NCBI GenBank assembly: GCA_002842515.1
Contig: PHDC01000002.1
Location: forward strand, 190,744-254,743
Origin: Bacteroidetes bacterium HGW-Bacteroidetes-5
Lineage (GTDB): Bacteria > Bacteroidota > Bacteroidia > Bacteroidales > UBA932
Reading direction: 5' to 3'
DNA: 64,000 bases
Numbering within the stretch: the stretch's first letter is position 1; each line of letters opens with the position of its first letter. Positions 46,718 through 57,763 of the stretch are shown in pieces. The notes beneath the pieces were generated by a model. It ran no database searches, had not been told where the DNA came from, and was given only the letters and a program-made list of their open reading frames with translations. A program made the position numbers and the translations under genes.

Positions 46718-47266
46718 TTAGTCGTTAATATGTTTGTTATACAATTCCCGCATCTGCTTTCTGGCTCTTGTGAGGTAAACTCTGGAGGAGCTTGCGGGAA
46801 TCTTTAGTTTTGCAGCTATCTCGTCGTGACTGTAACCCTCAATATCATAAAGACAAAAAACGGTTTTATAAGTGTGTGGCAGACAGTTTAACAGCTTCAT
46901 AATGTCTTGGGCAGTCAGGCAGCTGATTGGCCCGGGCGCGGTGTCCTGGATGGCGACGGAGTCGGTCTCTTTGAAATCAATCCTGCGGTTTTTCTTCCTA
47001 AACTTGTCAATCGCAGTGTTAATAACAATCTTTCTTAACCATCCTTTAAAGGGCTGTGAAATATCAAATTTTTTAATCTCCGAGAACACCTTTAAAAAGC
47101 TGTCGTCAACTACTTCAATAGCATCATTTCGGTCGGTGCTGTACAAAAGAGCTACAGTCAAAGCATAACCAAAATACTTTTTATATAACAGCTCCTGAGC
47201 CTTATCATCCATCCGGATGCAACCCCGAACTACTGATTCTAAATTGTCGTAGTTACTGTATGCCAC
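46718..47266 (-). CDS. ECF RNA polymerase sigma-70 factor
   Basis: AQELLYKKY, FKGWLRKIVINTAID, LYDIEGYSHDEIA. Confidence 0.9.
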   Translation of the reverse strand: MAYSNYDNLESVVRGCIRMDDKAQELLYKKYFGYALTVALLYSTDRNDAIEVVDDSFLKVFSEIKKFDISQPFKGWLRKIVINTAIDKFRKKNRRIDFKETDSVAIQDTAPGPISCLTAQDIMKLLNCLPHTYKTVFCLYDIEGYSHDEIAAKLKIPASSSRVYLTRARKQMRELYNKHIND

Positions 47267-47289
47267 ACAAATATATTTGGAACGTAAAT

Positions 47290-48339
47290 TTAGTTTACAG
47301 TTTTAAGTTTAACAACATATTTTACTATGGAGTATGGTAAAACCTCCGAAGTAATCACTTTATCTCTTAGCAAATCTGCCCTTGCTTTTTGCGGAATTAT
47401 GCAAAGGCTTTGCTTAAACGCTATGCTTGAAGGCATTATAAGCACTGCAGTACCTCCCGCCTTCATCAACCTGAGCGACTCCTCAAGACCCTCTACTGCC
47501 TGGCCATTGCCAATATAAAACATCACATCCTCCACGCTCTTGATTATTGTATCATTAAGGTAAGATCTTGTAAAATCTACCTTAACCCTATCTCCGCTAA
47601 ATGGTTTCTCACCTGCGCCGGGGATGCTGTCTACAAAGCAAAGTCCCGACGGGTATTGCATAAACGATTCATATCTTGCAGATGCGAAGCTGAAAATTGA
47701 ATCTCTCTCAATATCGTCTATCTGAGTTTGCGTCTGAACGCCAACCACCTCTATTTCAATTATTAGATTGCTGTTTACAGGCAGATACGATGTACTGTAA
47801 TTCCCGTAAGCCAGGTAGGATGGCATATAAAAGCGATACCTCTGGCCGACACTCATAAGTTTAATACCGTAGTCGAGCCCTTCGGGGATAATCGTCTGGC
47901 TCAGCAGACGGAATTTTGCGGGATCCGCTTTTGGTGCAGCACCACTACCCACCCCTTCGTTACTCTCAATTACGGTTCCGTTGAGCAGAGATATTGTGTA
48001 GTAAAAGCTGACTATATCGTTTTGCATTAATCCGGGTGCCGGATAAGTATTGCTTTGAATTGCACCTGTACCTGTATGTGCAGAACCTGCCTGTGCGCTA
48101 CTGTTGAGGGTTATGCCGGATAAAGGTAAATAATAGAAACCGGCACTATGCCTTTGTGCCTGAATATTATTGTCTGACAAATACTTGCCAATAATCTCAT
48201 CGTCTATCTTCTGCTGTTTTGCGTAGTCACTCTCCAACCCAGAACACGAAACTGCCACCAGCCCGCCCACTACAAAACTAAAAACAAATAAAGCCGAACT
48301 TAAAACTCTCCTTGAAACGGAACTTGAAAAACTCTTCAT
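47290..48339 (-). CDS. Two-domain FKBP-type peptidyl-prolyl isomerase lipoprotein
   Basis: IIPEGLDYGIKLM..YMPSYLAYG; second domain QAVEGLEESL; lipobox VSC. Confidence 0.85.
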   Translation of the reverse strand: MKSFSSSVSRRVLSSALFVFSFVVGGLVAVSCSGLESDYAKQQKIDDEIIGKYLSDNNIQAQRHSAGFYYLPLSGITLNSSAQAGSAHTGTGAIQSNTYPAPGLMQNDIVSFYYTISLLNGTVIESNEGVGSGAAPKADPAKFRLLSQTIIPEGLDYGIKLMSVGQRYRFYMPSYLAYGNYSTSYLPVNSNLIIEIEVVGVQTQTQIDDIERDSIFSFASARYESFMQYPSGLCFVDSIPGAGEKPFSGDRVKVDFTRSYLNDTIIKSVEDVMFYIGNGQAVEGLEESLRLMKAGGTAVLIMPSSIAFKQSLCIIPQKARADLLRDKVITSEVLPYSIVKYVVKLKTVN

Positions 48340-48540
48340 AACAAAAATGGAAATTTAATAGAATTAATAACTTGATAAATAAATTTAAAACAAAACCGGT
48401 AAAGAACTTGAAGAATTATTCGAATAAATCTACATACTATACGCACACCACATTCAAAATGCTACAACTCAAGCAGAGTTTGTCTAAGAAAAAAATTATC
48501 ACTACACTTGTACGCAGTAATCCGGTATATTCATAGTAAA

Positions 48541-49116
48541 ATGTCACTTGACACAAGTAGTAAGGAGTTTATTACCGCTCTAAAGAGTGGCAGCGAAGCT
48601 GCATATACCCAACTATTTAACCAATTCAACCTGAGCCTCTGCTCATATGCCTACAGAATTCTCAACGACAATAACGAAGCGAAGGAGATTGTTCACATTA
48701 CCTTTTGTAAGATATGGGATAGCAGAAAAACTATTGAGATAAACGAATCTCTTAGTGCATATCTTTATAAATCTGTCTACAATAATAGCATCTCCCTTCT
48801 CAGGAAAAAGAGGCAGCACGCAAAATATGTAGATAACGGGCTTGTAGATCTCTATTTTAACAGGATTGTCCAAAATCCGCACGCAGAACTTAAACTTATC
48901 GACTCCGAAAGCCGGAAAATCATTCTATCTGCAATTGATGAGCTGCCTGCCAGGTGCAGGGAGATATTTATTCAATGTAAAATCAATGGTCACACCTATC
49001 CTAAGGTGGCAGAAGAGCTTAAAATATCAGTAAAAACCGTAGAGACGCAGATGTCAATTGCACTCAGCAGGCTTAGAAGAAAATTGGACTGGTTGCTGAT
49101 CTTAATTTTACCTTAA
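48541..49116 (+). CDS. ECF RNA polymerase sigma-70 factor
   Basis: AYTQLF..AKEIVHITFCKIW; LPARCREIF..ELKISVKTVETQM. Confidence 0.9.
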   Translation: MSLDTSSKEFITALKSGSEAAYTQLFNQFNLSLCSYAYRILNDNNEAKEIVHITFCKIWDSRKTIEINESLSAYLYKSVYNNSISLLRKKRQHAKYVDNGLVDLYFNRIVQNPHAELKLIDSESRKIILSAIDELPARCREIFIQCKINGHTYPKVAEELKISVKTVETQMSIALSRLRRKLDWLLILILP

Positions 49117-49181
49117 TTTATTTTCTTTTGCTTTAAGGGTGTTTTGAATATTTTGCGTCATAACTTTTAGAACAACTAAAA

Positions 49182-50330
49182 ATGATGCAGAAAACAGAAC
49201 GCTCCGCTATTGACAGCCTATTGGCTGCAATTCTTAACGGAGATCCAACTAACGAACAGATCATTCAATTCAATGAATGGATAAAGGACTATAAGAACGA
49301 GCTTTACTTCGACAGATTCAAGGAGATGTGGCACGTCTCTGTAGATAAAGAGTACATAAGAGTCAACACAGGGTTGCAAAATCCCGGCAGGCTCATAGAT
49401 TATATAAAAAGGTCCCGCCAGAGAGAGAGATTAAGAAGAGTCACCACTTGGTCAATGGCAGCAGCAGCTTCTCTTGTACTTATCTTTACTGCAACTCACT
49501 TTATCACTAAACAGTATAATGACTCAATAAACAGTGCAGATTTTAAAATGTTGAGCTACTCTGCAGACTCTGTAAAGGTAGAGCTCAATAACGGCCAACT
49601 GGTGAGAAGGGTTAAGAGTGAGGGGAGCTCAATCACTAATCTGGAAGATAAAATTGCAGCCAAGGGTAACGAACCCATTGCAGTTCAAGCAAAAACCTAT
49701 AATACAGTCTCAACACCTTCGGGAGAGAGGGTGGCAATGGTTCTTTCAGATGGAACTGTTGTCTATTTGACCTCCAACTCATATCTTAAATACCCGTCAA
49801 CTTTTGAAAAGGATAAACGCGAAGTGACCCTGGTGGGTCGTGCATATTTTGAGGTAAAGAAATCTAAAATTCCATTTATTGTAAACACATCGGATATGAA
49901 TATTGAGGTTCTGGGTACCTCTTTCGATGTAGAATCCAGAAACAGCGGCTCCAGCGCATCGGTAATTCTGGTGGAGGGGTCGGTTAAGGTCTTTGCAGAG
50001 GGGCGTAGCAAGGTTATCTTCCCGGATGAGCAGATTAGCCTGCACAGGCAGACCAAAGAGATTACAGTGAAAAATGTAGATTCAAGACTGCTCACAATGT
50101 GGAAAGATGGTGTATTAATAGTTCACGGACAGTCATTTCCGGAGGTGGTTGAGAGCCTGTCGTCGTGGTATGGAGTTAAGATCGTTAACAGGACTAATGT
50201 CTCGGAGTATGAGAAGTTCAACGGAAGGTTTGACCGCGAAGATATTGAAGCCGCCATTAAGGCCGTATGTATAAGTGCTGCAATTAAATACCGGATAGAA
50301 GACGGCAAATTGATTCTGGAAAACATATAA
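49182..50330 (+). CDS. FecR-family anti-sigma factor
   Basis: MAAAASL TM; LSDGTVVYL..LKYP..F..REV.LVGRAYFEV; VLGTSFDV. Confidence 0.9.
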   Translation: MMQKTERSAIDSLLAAILNGDPTNEQIIQFNEWIKDYKNELYFDRFKEMWHVSVDKEYIRVNTGLQNPGRLIDYIKRSRQRERLRRVTTWSMAAAASLVLIFTATHFITKQYNDSINSADFKMLSYSADSVKVELNNGQLVRRVKSEGSSITNLEDKIAAKGNEPIAVQAKTYNTVSTPSGERVAMVLSDGTVVYLTSNSYLKYPSTFEKDKREVTLVGRAYFEVKKSKIPFIVNTSDMNIEVLGTSFDVESRNSGSSASVILVEGSVKVFAEGRSKVIFPDEQISLHRQTKEITVKNVDSRLLTMWKDGVLIVHGQSFPEVVESLSSWYGVKIVNRTNVSEYEKFNGRFDREDIEAAIKAVCISAAIKYRIEDGKLILENI

Positions 50331-50381
50331 CCCAATAATATAGATCCAATAAAGTAAACCCAATTTAACTTAACTAATACT

Positions 50382-53300
50382 ATGAACAAAATTTTCGCTT
50401 TGCGGCATCCTCTGTTTTTGCCGTTGTTGTGCATCCTGCTCTTGTCCGGGAAGCTCTACGGAGCACCTCAGCAAGAGACAATAACACTAAGCCTTAAAGA
50501 GGCAACGATTACTCAGTTCTTTAAAGGGATTGAAAATCAGACTACTTATAAATTCTTTTATAAAGACTCGCAGGTCGAGAGTGCGCCATCTATAACAGTA
50601 GAGGCAAAAAATTTACCCCTTGAAGATGTGCTTAAAAGTGTCTTTGAAAAGACCAGCCTCTCTTATGAGATCACCGGAAATCAAATCGTGATTAAAGAGA
50701 GAGTTAGTGCAGATAAAAAGATCATTAAGATATCCGGTTTAGTCACGGATGTAAAAAAAGAGGCACTTCCGGGGGTTGGAGTAATTCTGCTGGGGACCAA
50801 AAAAGGTGTCTATACAGATGATAAGGGTGAATTTACCCTTGATGTTCCGGTTGAGAGCAGCACATCAAGCATCAACTTTAGGATGATTGGGATGAACGAT
50901 ATCACTGTCGCTCTGGATGGCAGAGCTTTTTACCAGATTACGATGCAGGAGAGTACAAACCTGCTTTCTGATGTTGTTGTTACAGGTATTGTAGATAAGA
51001 GGGCAGAGAGTTTTACCGGTTCGGTATCTTCGATCTCCGCTAAAGATATTTTAAGAGCAGGAAACAAGAATGTGTTTGAGTCACTCAAAAACATAGACCC
51101 CTCTCTGTATATTATGGATAATCTTCAAAACGGATCAAACCCTAATGCACTACCAGGAATGGAGCTCAGAGGAACATCTAGTTTCCCTGTAGATAATAAT
51201 CTGGGAGTGAATATTAAAGGAAACTACGGCAATATCCCCAACACACCTCTGTTTATACTTGATGGTTTCGAAACCACTGTAGAGAGAATTATGGATATGG
51301 ATATGAACAGAATAGAGAGTGTAACCATTCTTAAGGATGCATCTGCAAAGGCCCTTTATGGCTCAAAAGCTGCAAACGGAGTTGTGGTTATTGAGACCAA
51401 GAAGCTAAAAGGCAACCAGCAGAGGGTAACCTATACCGGAAGTATGGATATCTCTATGCCGGATCTCACCAGTTATAACCTTACAAACTCTGCCGAAAAA
51501 CTTGAAGTTGAGAGAATTGAAGGCGTTTACACCTTCCCTAATAATATTGAAATTCAACTGGAGGCAAATAAGCTTTACAACACCCGCAAGAAATTAATTG
51601 AAGAGGGGCTGGATACCTACTGGTTGGCCAAGCCGCTCAGAGTGGGAGTTGGATCAAAACATAATGTAAACATAGAGCTGGGAGACAGCAGAAGTCTCAA
51701 GGGAGTTGCAGATTTTACATACAACACCGTGAGTGGTGTAATGAAGGAGTCCTTCAGAAGAAATATCTCGGGGAGCGTTAACCTCTCATACAGGTATAAG
51801 AATGTAATATTCAGAAACATTATGACCGCTGTGAGCAACTTTGGTCAGGAGAGTCCATATGGCAATTTTGGTAATTATGCCAGAATGAATCCATACTGGA
51901 GAAGTAATGACCCAGCAACCGGTCTGTTAATCAGATGGGCAGAGCCGGGAACATTTACCCCAAACCCAATGTACGACGCAACTATCGGAACAAGCATCAC
52001 ATCCAGCTACCTGGATTTCCAAAATAACTTCTATGTTGAGTACAGGCCTACACAATTTATTAAAGTGGCAGGCCGAGTTGGTGTATCTGCAAAAAGAAGC
52101 GGGGCAGATGAGTTCTTGCCATCCAACCACTCCAAATACTCAAACAGCAGCTATATGCAAAACGAAGAGCTTAAGATGAGAAGAGGCTCCTACAGATTGG
52201 ATAATGGTAAAAGCAGCAGCTTCTCCGGCGATGTAAACGCAACATATACAAGGGATATAGACAAACATTTTATATCTGCCTATGTAGGTGCTTTTGTTTC
52301 GGAGAGTTCATACGCTGCCTATGTAAACAGAGCAGAGGGCTTCCCCAACAACCAGGCGGCAGATATCACTTTTGCCCGTCAATATGCCCAGGGAACAAGA
52401 CCGGTGGGTCTCTCCTCTCTAAACAGAGAGCTAAGTTTTCTCTCTACAGTTAACTACTCATACGACAACAGGTATCTTGTAGATGCCACTTACAGGTTAA
52501 GCGCATCTTCACTCTACGGTAAGGATAACAGATGGGCACCGGGCTGGAGTTTAGGTATCGGCTGGAATGTCCATAACGAGCGTTTCTTTATGAACTCAAA
52601 CCTCATTAAACAGCTCAAATTTAGAGGATCTGTCGGGGTGACCGGTAACCAGAACTTCAATACAAGTTATGCAGTCGGTACATATCAATATTTCACCCAA
52701 TACAACTACAACGGCCTTACAGGTTCATACCTGTTTAACCTGCCAAACCCTCAGTTAAAGTGGGAGCAGAAGAAAGACTACAATGTGGGTGTAGATGCCA
52801 CAATAGGTGAATTCAGACTGAAAGCAGACTACTACGATAGCTACACAGAGAATATGGTTACAGATGTATCTGTTTCTACAACAACCGGTTTCAATATGGT
52901 TAAAGATAATCTCGGTTTGGTTAGAAACAGAGGTATCGAGATTAACGCAAATATAAACCTATGGCAAAAAGAGAGTGGTTTTATGAATATCTACGGTTCG
53001 GTTGCCTCTAATACTAACAGGATTGTAAGACTATCTGAGAGTATGAGAACCTACAATGCTATTCAGGAGAAAGAGGCTGCAGATAAAGGGAACAACAAAC
53101 CGGTGCTTAAGTATAACGACGGAATGTCTATGAACTCTATCTGGGCTGTAAGGTCTTTAGGAATTGACCCTATGAACGGTCAGGAGATCTACCTTAAACA
53201 AGATGGTTCAAGAACCTATGTTTACGATCCCCTGGACCTGGTTGTGGTTGGTGACGACAGAGCAAAGGCAAGAGGTCATTTCGGCTTTACAGCTGAGTAC

Positions 53301-53741
53301 AAAGGGTTCGGTTTTAGCACAACTTTCCGCTATTCTGTAGGAGGTCAGGCATATAACCAAACATTGGTGGACAGAGTAGAGAATATTAATATTATCGATA
53401 ATGTAGATAAAAGGGTGCTCTCGGGCAGATGGCAAACTCCGGGGCAGATTGCAAACTTTAAAAGGCTTGGGATGTTCCAGTACGAGGGTGATCCTCTGGC
53501 GCGTCAGGAGATGACAAGACCAACCAGCAGGTTCGTTCAGGATGTGAATGAACTCACCTGGGGAACGGCCTCTTTGTACTACGATTTTCCTAAGTCTATA
53601 ATTGACAATTGGAGAGTTCAGAGAATGAGACTATCTCTTTATATGGACGACATCCTTAAAATCTCGTCAATTGTGACAGAGAGAGGATTAAATTATCCCT
53701 TTGCAAGAACAGTATCTTGCTCATTATCTATTACTTTTTAA
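50382..53741 (+). CDS. SusC/RagA TonB-dependent transporter with STN extension
   Basis: PLFILDGFE, LKDASAKALYGSKAANGVVVI, LKWEQK; C-terminal F. Confidence 0.95.
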   Translation: MNKIFALRHPLFLPLLCILLLSGKLYGAPQQETITLSLKEATITQFFKGIENQTTYKFFYKDSQVESAPSITVEAKNLPLEDVLKSVFEKTSLSYEITGNQIVIKERVSADKKIIKISGLVTDVKKEALPGVGVILLGTKKGVYTDDKGEFTLDVPVESSTSSINFRMIGMNDITVALDGRAFYQITMQESTNLLSDVVVTGIVDKRAESFTGSVSSISAKDILRAGNKNVFESLKNIDPSLYIMDNLQNGSNPNALPGMELRGTSSFPVDNNLGVNIKGNYGNIPNTPLFILDGFETTVERIMDMDMNRIESVTILKDASAKALYGSKAANGVVVIETKKLKGNQQRVTYTGSMDISMPDLTSYNLTNSAEKLEVERIEGVYTFPNNIEIQLEANKLYNTRKKLIEEGLDTYWLAKPLRVGVGSKHNVNIELGDSRSLKGVADFTYNTVSGVMKESFRRNISGSVNLSYRYKNVIFRNIMTAVSNFGQESPYGNFGNYARMNPYWRSNDPATGLLIRWAEPGTFTPNPMYDATIGTSITSSYLDFQNNFYVEYRPTQFIKVAGRVGVSAKRSGADEFLPSNHSKYSNSSYMQNEELKMRRGSYRLDNGKSSSFSGDVNATYTRDIDKHFISAYVGAFVSESSYAAYVNRAEGFPNNQAADITFARQYAQGTRPVGLSSLNRELSFLSTVNYSYDNRYLVDATYRLSASSLYGKDNRWAPGWSLGIGWNVHNERFFMNSNLIKQLKFRGSVGVTGNQNFNTSYAVGTYQYFTQYNYNGLTGSYLFNLPNPQLKWEQKKDYNVGVDATIGEFRLKADYYDSYTENMVTDVSVSTTTGFNMVKDNLGLVRNRGIEINANINLWQKESGFMNIYGSVASNTNRIVRLSESMRTYNAIQEKEAADKGNNKPVLKYNDGMSMNSIWAVRSLGIDPMNGQEIYLKQDGSRTYVYDPLDLVVVGDDRAKARGHFGFTAEYKGFGFSTTFRYSVGGQAYNQTLVDRVENINIIDNVDKRVLSGRWQTPGQIANFKRLGMFQYEGDPLARQEMTRPTSRFVQDVNELTWGTASLYYDFPKSIIDNWRVQRMRLSLYMDDILKISSIVTERGLNYPFARTVSCSLSITF

Positions 53742-53751
53742 TTAGAGTGTT

Positions 53752-55242
53752 ATGAAAAATATAATAAAAACCGCAATTTTATCACTCAGCCTTCTGCTTG
53801 GCTCTTGCAGCGAATGGCTGGATGTGACACCACCTTCTCAAATCAGAGAGGAGGCTCAGTTCAGCTCCATAGACGGATTTCAGCAGGCCTTAGTGGGTTG
53901 CTATATAGCGATGACCAGCGATTCTCTCTACGGAAGAGTCCTTACCTGGTCTACAATAGAGTTGATGGCAGGTCAGTTTGTGACCCTGCAGGCATCTTCA
54001 AATAATGACTACAACATTTCTCAGTACAACTACACATCATCTAACGCTATCAAATACATAGACGGAGTGTGGGGTAAGGCATACAATGTTATCTCCAATG
54101 TGAACAACGCTCTTAAATATATTGAGATTAACAAAAATATTCTGGACCACGTAAACTACTCTGTGATCAAAGGCGAGCTCCTTGCAATAAGGGCCTTTAT
54201 TCATTTCGATCTTATGAGACTTTACGGATTGGGAAATCTTAAATCCAGAGCAGATCTCACATCAAAGTTTGCCATACCTTATGTAACAAATCTGGCTAAG
54301 GAGATGACTCCACAGCTTACCTATAAACAGACAATTGACCTTATGGCCAAAGACCTGAATGATGCCCTGGTACTTCTGGAGATAGACCCTGTTACAAAAC
54401 TGCACCCTGCATCTTACTATACAGAGGTTAACATAGACGGTTTCTTCAATTACCGCCAAAACAGGTTTAACTACTATGCAACCAGTCTGCTGCTTGCGAA
54501 AGTTTATATGTGGGAAGGGAGCAGCGAGAGTATTAACAAAGCTCTTGTTCTTGCAAATAAGGTCATTAACGAAAGTGAGTCGAAAGGGCTTACTTCTTGG
54601 GCAACCAGCACAAGCGTAACAGATGACATTGTTATGAAATCTGAACACCTTATGTCGTTAAATACCCAAAATCTCACCGCCAGAACTGCAGATTATTTCA
54701 AACTGGAGATTATTGCAGCCAGTGATATTAAAGCTCAATATGTTTCTAATAACAGAGTTATGAGCGTATATGAGGCAGAGACAATTGGCGGTACAGACTT
54801 CCGTTTCTCTAAGCTTTTTATTCCCAATTCAGTAACACTGGATGGAAAAAACGCATTCACACCGCTTAAATTCTTTGGCACAGCCAGCAATAAGATCTCT
54901 AACAACTACATTCCGCTTATGAGAATGCCTGAGGCGTATTATATAGCAAGTGAGTGTATGGTTAAAAAGAGCACTCCGGATATACCGGGTGCACTCAATT
55001 TATTGAATATAGTAAGGCAAAAAAGAGGTATCACTGCAGATATTGCAACTTCAGATGCCAATGTTGTGATGAACGAAATAGTAAAGGAGTATGCAAAGGA
55101 GTTCTATTGCGAGGGTGTAATGTTCTTTTTGTACAAACGATTAGGTATTGAGAGTATACCGGGGTACAACGGAACAGCCACAGATGCAATTTATGTATTG
55201 CCCTACCCTTCTACAGAGTTGCAAATGGGAAGAAAACAGTAA
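53752..55242 (+). CDS. RagB/SusD-family lipoprotein
   Basis: SCSEWLDVTP, GELLAIRAFIHFDL, IPLMRMPEAYYI, EYAKEFYCEG. Confidence 0.9.
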   Translation: MKNIIKTAILSLSLLLGSCSEWLDVTPPSQIREEAQFSSIDGFQQALVGCYIAMTSDSLYGRVLTWSTIELMAGQFVTLQASSNNDYNISQYNYTSSNAIKYIDGVWGKAYNVISNVNNALKYIEINKNILDHVNYSVIKGELLAIRAFIHFDLMRLYGLGNLKSRADLTSKFAIPYVTNLAKEMTPQLTYKQTIDLMAKDLNDALVLLEIDPVTKLHPASYYTEVNIDGFFNYRQNRFNYYATSLLLAKVYMWEGSSESINKALVLANKVINESESKGLTSWATSTSVTDDIVMKSEHLMSLNTQNLTARTADYFKLEIIAASDIKAQYVSNNRVMSVYEAETIGGTDFRFSKLFIPNSVTLDGKNAFTPLKFFGTASNKISNNYIPLMRMPEAYYIASECMVKKSTPDIPGALNLLNIVRQKRGITADIATSDANVVMNEIVKEYAKEFYCEGVMFFLYKRLGIESIPGYNGTATDAIYVLPYPSTELQMGRKQ

Positions 55243-55262
55243 TTTTTTAAAAATTGAGATTT

Positions 55263-56126
55263 ATGAAATTCAAAATAAATATTTTGCTTTTAATTATGAT
55301 ACTCCTTTCTGCAGCAGGATGCCAAAAGGATGAGATCATAGTATTTGATGTAAACGACAGTGGAGTAATGTTTCCCGGAGCAGGTGATGCTAAGACCTAC
55401 AAAGGGTACAACTCTGCAGATCAAATCTATTATGTGAATGAGTCATTTTTAAATGTTCCTCTTTCACAGGTGAAGTACATAGTGGATTTTCCGGTAAGAG
55501 TATCGGGAGACACGGTAAGCAGAGACAGGGTAATTGGATACGAAGTTGTAGCCCAGATGACCGATGCACTCAATACACAATATAAGATTGTAGATGCAAT
55601 AATCCCTGCAGGTGAATATTACGGAAGGATCCGTTTTGAACTTACCAGAGATGTGGCACTGGACAACGCCTCCGTTAAGGTGGGCATTAAGCTCAAAGAT
55701 TCCGACGACCTTAAGGTTGGCTCTAACGAATATTGCAAAGGTGTTCTTACCTGGAGTAATATGTTGGCAAAGTTTCCTTCGTCGTCTTCTTATACAAGAA
55801 CATACAACTGTATAATACTATCTCCACTTACCAAAACCAGTACGGTAATTACATACTACAGTCCAAATGCCCATAAGGCAATTCTGGAGGCACTGGGATG
55901 GCCGTTAAACTACTGGCCTACATATACCAGCGGCTTTGCAGACCCGGGTACAGGAACCAGCGCTGTCTTTGGAGTTTACTACACCGACCTCTATGCTCAA
56001 AAGCTTAAAACCTATCTTGATGCATATGCACTTGCCAACGGAGGCGAGAGATTAAAACATAATGCCGGCACAGATATCGGAAAAGATATCCAGCCTAGAG
56101 TAACAGGTGCTGTGTACATTCCCTAA
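55263..56126 (+). CDS. DUF4843-type lipoprotein
   Basis: Lipobox AGC; position after susD; PVRVSG..DR.IGYEV. Confidence 0.6.
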   Translation: MKFKINILLLIMILLSAAGCQKDEIIVFDVNDSGVMFPGAGDAKTYKGYNSADQIYYVNESFLNVPLSQVKYIVDFPVRVSGDTVSRDRVIGYEVVAQMTDALNTQYKIVDAIIPAGEYYGRIRFELTRDVALDNASVKVGIKLKDSDDLKVGSNEYCKGVLTWSNMLAKFPSSSSYTRTYNCIILSPLTKTSTVITYYSPNAHKAILEALGWPLNYWPTYTSGFADPGTGTSAVFGVYYTDLYAQKLKTYLDAYALANGGERLKHNAGTDIGKDIQPRVTGAVYIP

Positions 56127-56145
56127 TTTTTAAACTAAGATTACA

Positions 56146-57750
56146 ATGAAAAGAAAAATATATAATTCTATCGTATTGCTCCTTGCAGTTGTGCTTTTGA
56201 GCCACTGCTATGTAGACAAATCGGGTTTGGACACCTCCAAAATAGACGAAATAACTATTGAAGCTCCCGGTATGAGCTCAATCCTAAGGGTTGAATATTT
56301 AGAGGAGGTAACATTTGACCCCACTGTTAAGATGGGAACCAATACCAATCCGGCCGATGTTACCTATAAATGGGAGATAAATCAGACCCCGGGATCTACA
56401 GATCTGGTAGAGATTGGAACCGCTAAAGTATTAAAGACGACAATTAAGAATAAGATACTATCTGCAGCTTACACTTTAGTCTTTACTGCTACAGATGCCA
56501 AACACGGTATTGATTATCAAAAAAGCTGGCCTCTCTATGTGAGCAGCTCATTCCGCGAAGGGATTGTGGTTGCAGATACAAAAGATGGAAGCACATCTGA
56601 CCTTTCTCTTATTATGGATAATGATATAACATCTACCTACAGTGCAGGTGTTAAGATTAAATATAATATATGGAAGAGTGCAACAGGGAGCTCCCATCCG
56701 GCACTTGTGAAAAATCTTACTTACACACTTCACAAACCTAGTTCTGTTCTTACAAAAAATGTAATTACAGCTATTTTTGAGAACAAGGATATATCTATGT
56801 TCGATTGTGAAAACTACTCTTTGTATAAGGACGCGTCTCAGATTTTCCCTGCTAAAGGTGCAAGTTTCGACCCTCAGGCTTTTTATACAATCAACAACGC
56901 TACCTGGATTCTTGTAGCCAATAATATGGCCTATCTCTTTGCGAATAACCAGGGTATCACTTCGTTTCTGCTACCGGCATCGGGACTTAACTATGTAGAT
57001 AACGCCGTAATGGTTGCAGATAACAGCGCCGGCGCAGGTCCTTACGCATTTTGGTACAACAACAACACCGGCAGGTTCTACAACATCTCAATGACCTTTA
57101 CAACTCCTGCCAGCGGCGGTGAATATACAACTCAAGGTGTGTTTAACCCGACCAATGTTCCGGACAGAAGAATGGTTGCGGGTGATGTCTCAATAGACGG
57201 TGTTAGCCCTACAATGCTGCTTAAAAATAGCGTAACCGGGAACTATGAGCTATACTCAATATCTTTCTCGTTTTACGATGTAAACTGGAATATGACTCCA
57301 TCAACTCCTAAGTTGAAAGTTGAGCTTCCGGTAGCACTTACCTCAATTTTAAACTCTGCAGTATCTGTCTTCTTTAATATGTTTGACCCTATTATGTATG
57401 TCGCAACACCTTCCAAAATTTATGCAGTGAACTTTGGTGGTGGAGTTGTATCGTACAGCGAGAAGTACTCTGCACCTGCAGGTGAGACCATTACAAAGGC
57501 AAAACTGTTTGTTCAGGGTAGATATCGTCTTAACAGAAAGGATTACAATGAGACAAGCGGCCCAATCTATGAGCCTGCACTCGCTTTAAACACAAAAGCT
57601 GTTGTGGTTGCAACCTCAAAAGCGGCTTTCCAGGGAGATGTTTATGTGATTCCTTTTGGAGCTTCGGGAACAGGCGATCTTAATGCATCACAAGCTAAAA
57701 AATATACAGGATTCGGTAAAATACTCGATTTTACAATCCAAGGACAATAA
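56146..57750 (+). CDS. PKD-like family lipoprotein
   Basis: Lipobox SHC-YVDKS; YKWEIN; parallels 27466-29016. Confidence 0.65.
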   Translation: MKRKIYNSIVLLLAVVLLSHCYVDKSGLDTSKIDEITIEAPGMSSILRVEYLEEVTFDPTVKMGTNTNPADVTYKWEINQTPGSTDLVEIGTAKVLKTTIKNKILSAAYTLVFTATDAKHGIDYQKSWPLYVSSSFREGIVVADTKDGSTSDLSLIMDNDITSTYSAGVKIKYNIWKSATGSSHPALVKNLTYTLHKPSSVLTKNVITAIFENKDISMFDCENYSLYKDASQIFPAKGASFDPQAFYTINNATWILVANNMAYLFANNQGITSFLLPASGLNYVDNAVMVADNSAGAGPYAFWYNNNTGRFYNISMTFTTPASGGEYTTQGVFNPTNVPDRRMVAGDVSIDGVSPTMLLKNSVTGNYELYSISFSFYDVNWNMTPSTPKLKVELPVALTSILNSAVSVFFNMFDPIMYVATPSKIYAVNFGGGVVSYSEKYSAPAGETITKAKLFVQGRYRLNRKDYNETSGPIYEPALALNTKAVVVATSKAAFQGDVYVIPFGASGTGDLNASQAKKYTGFGKILDFTIQGQ

Positions 57751-57763
57751 ATAAAAATTCTAA

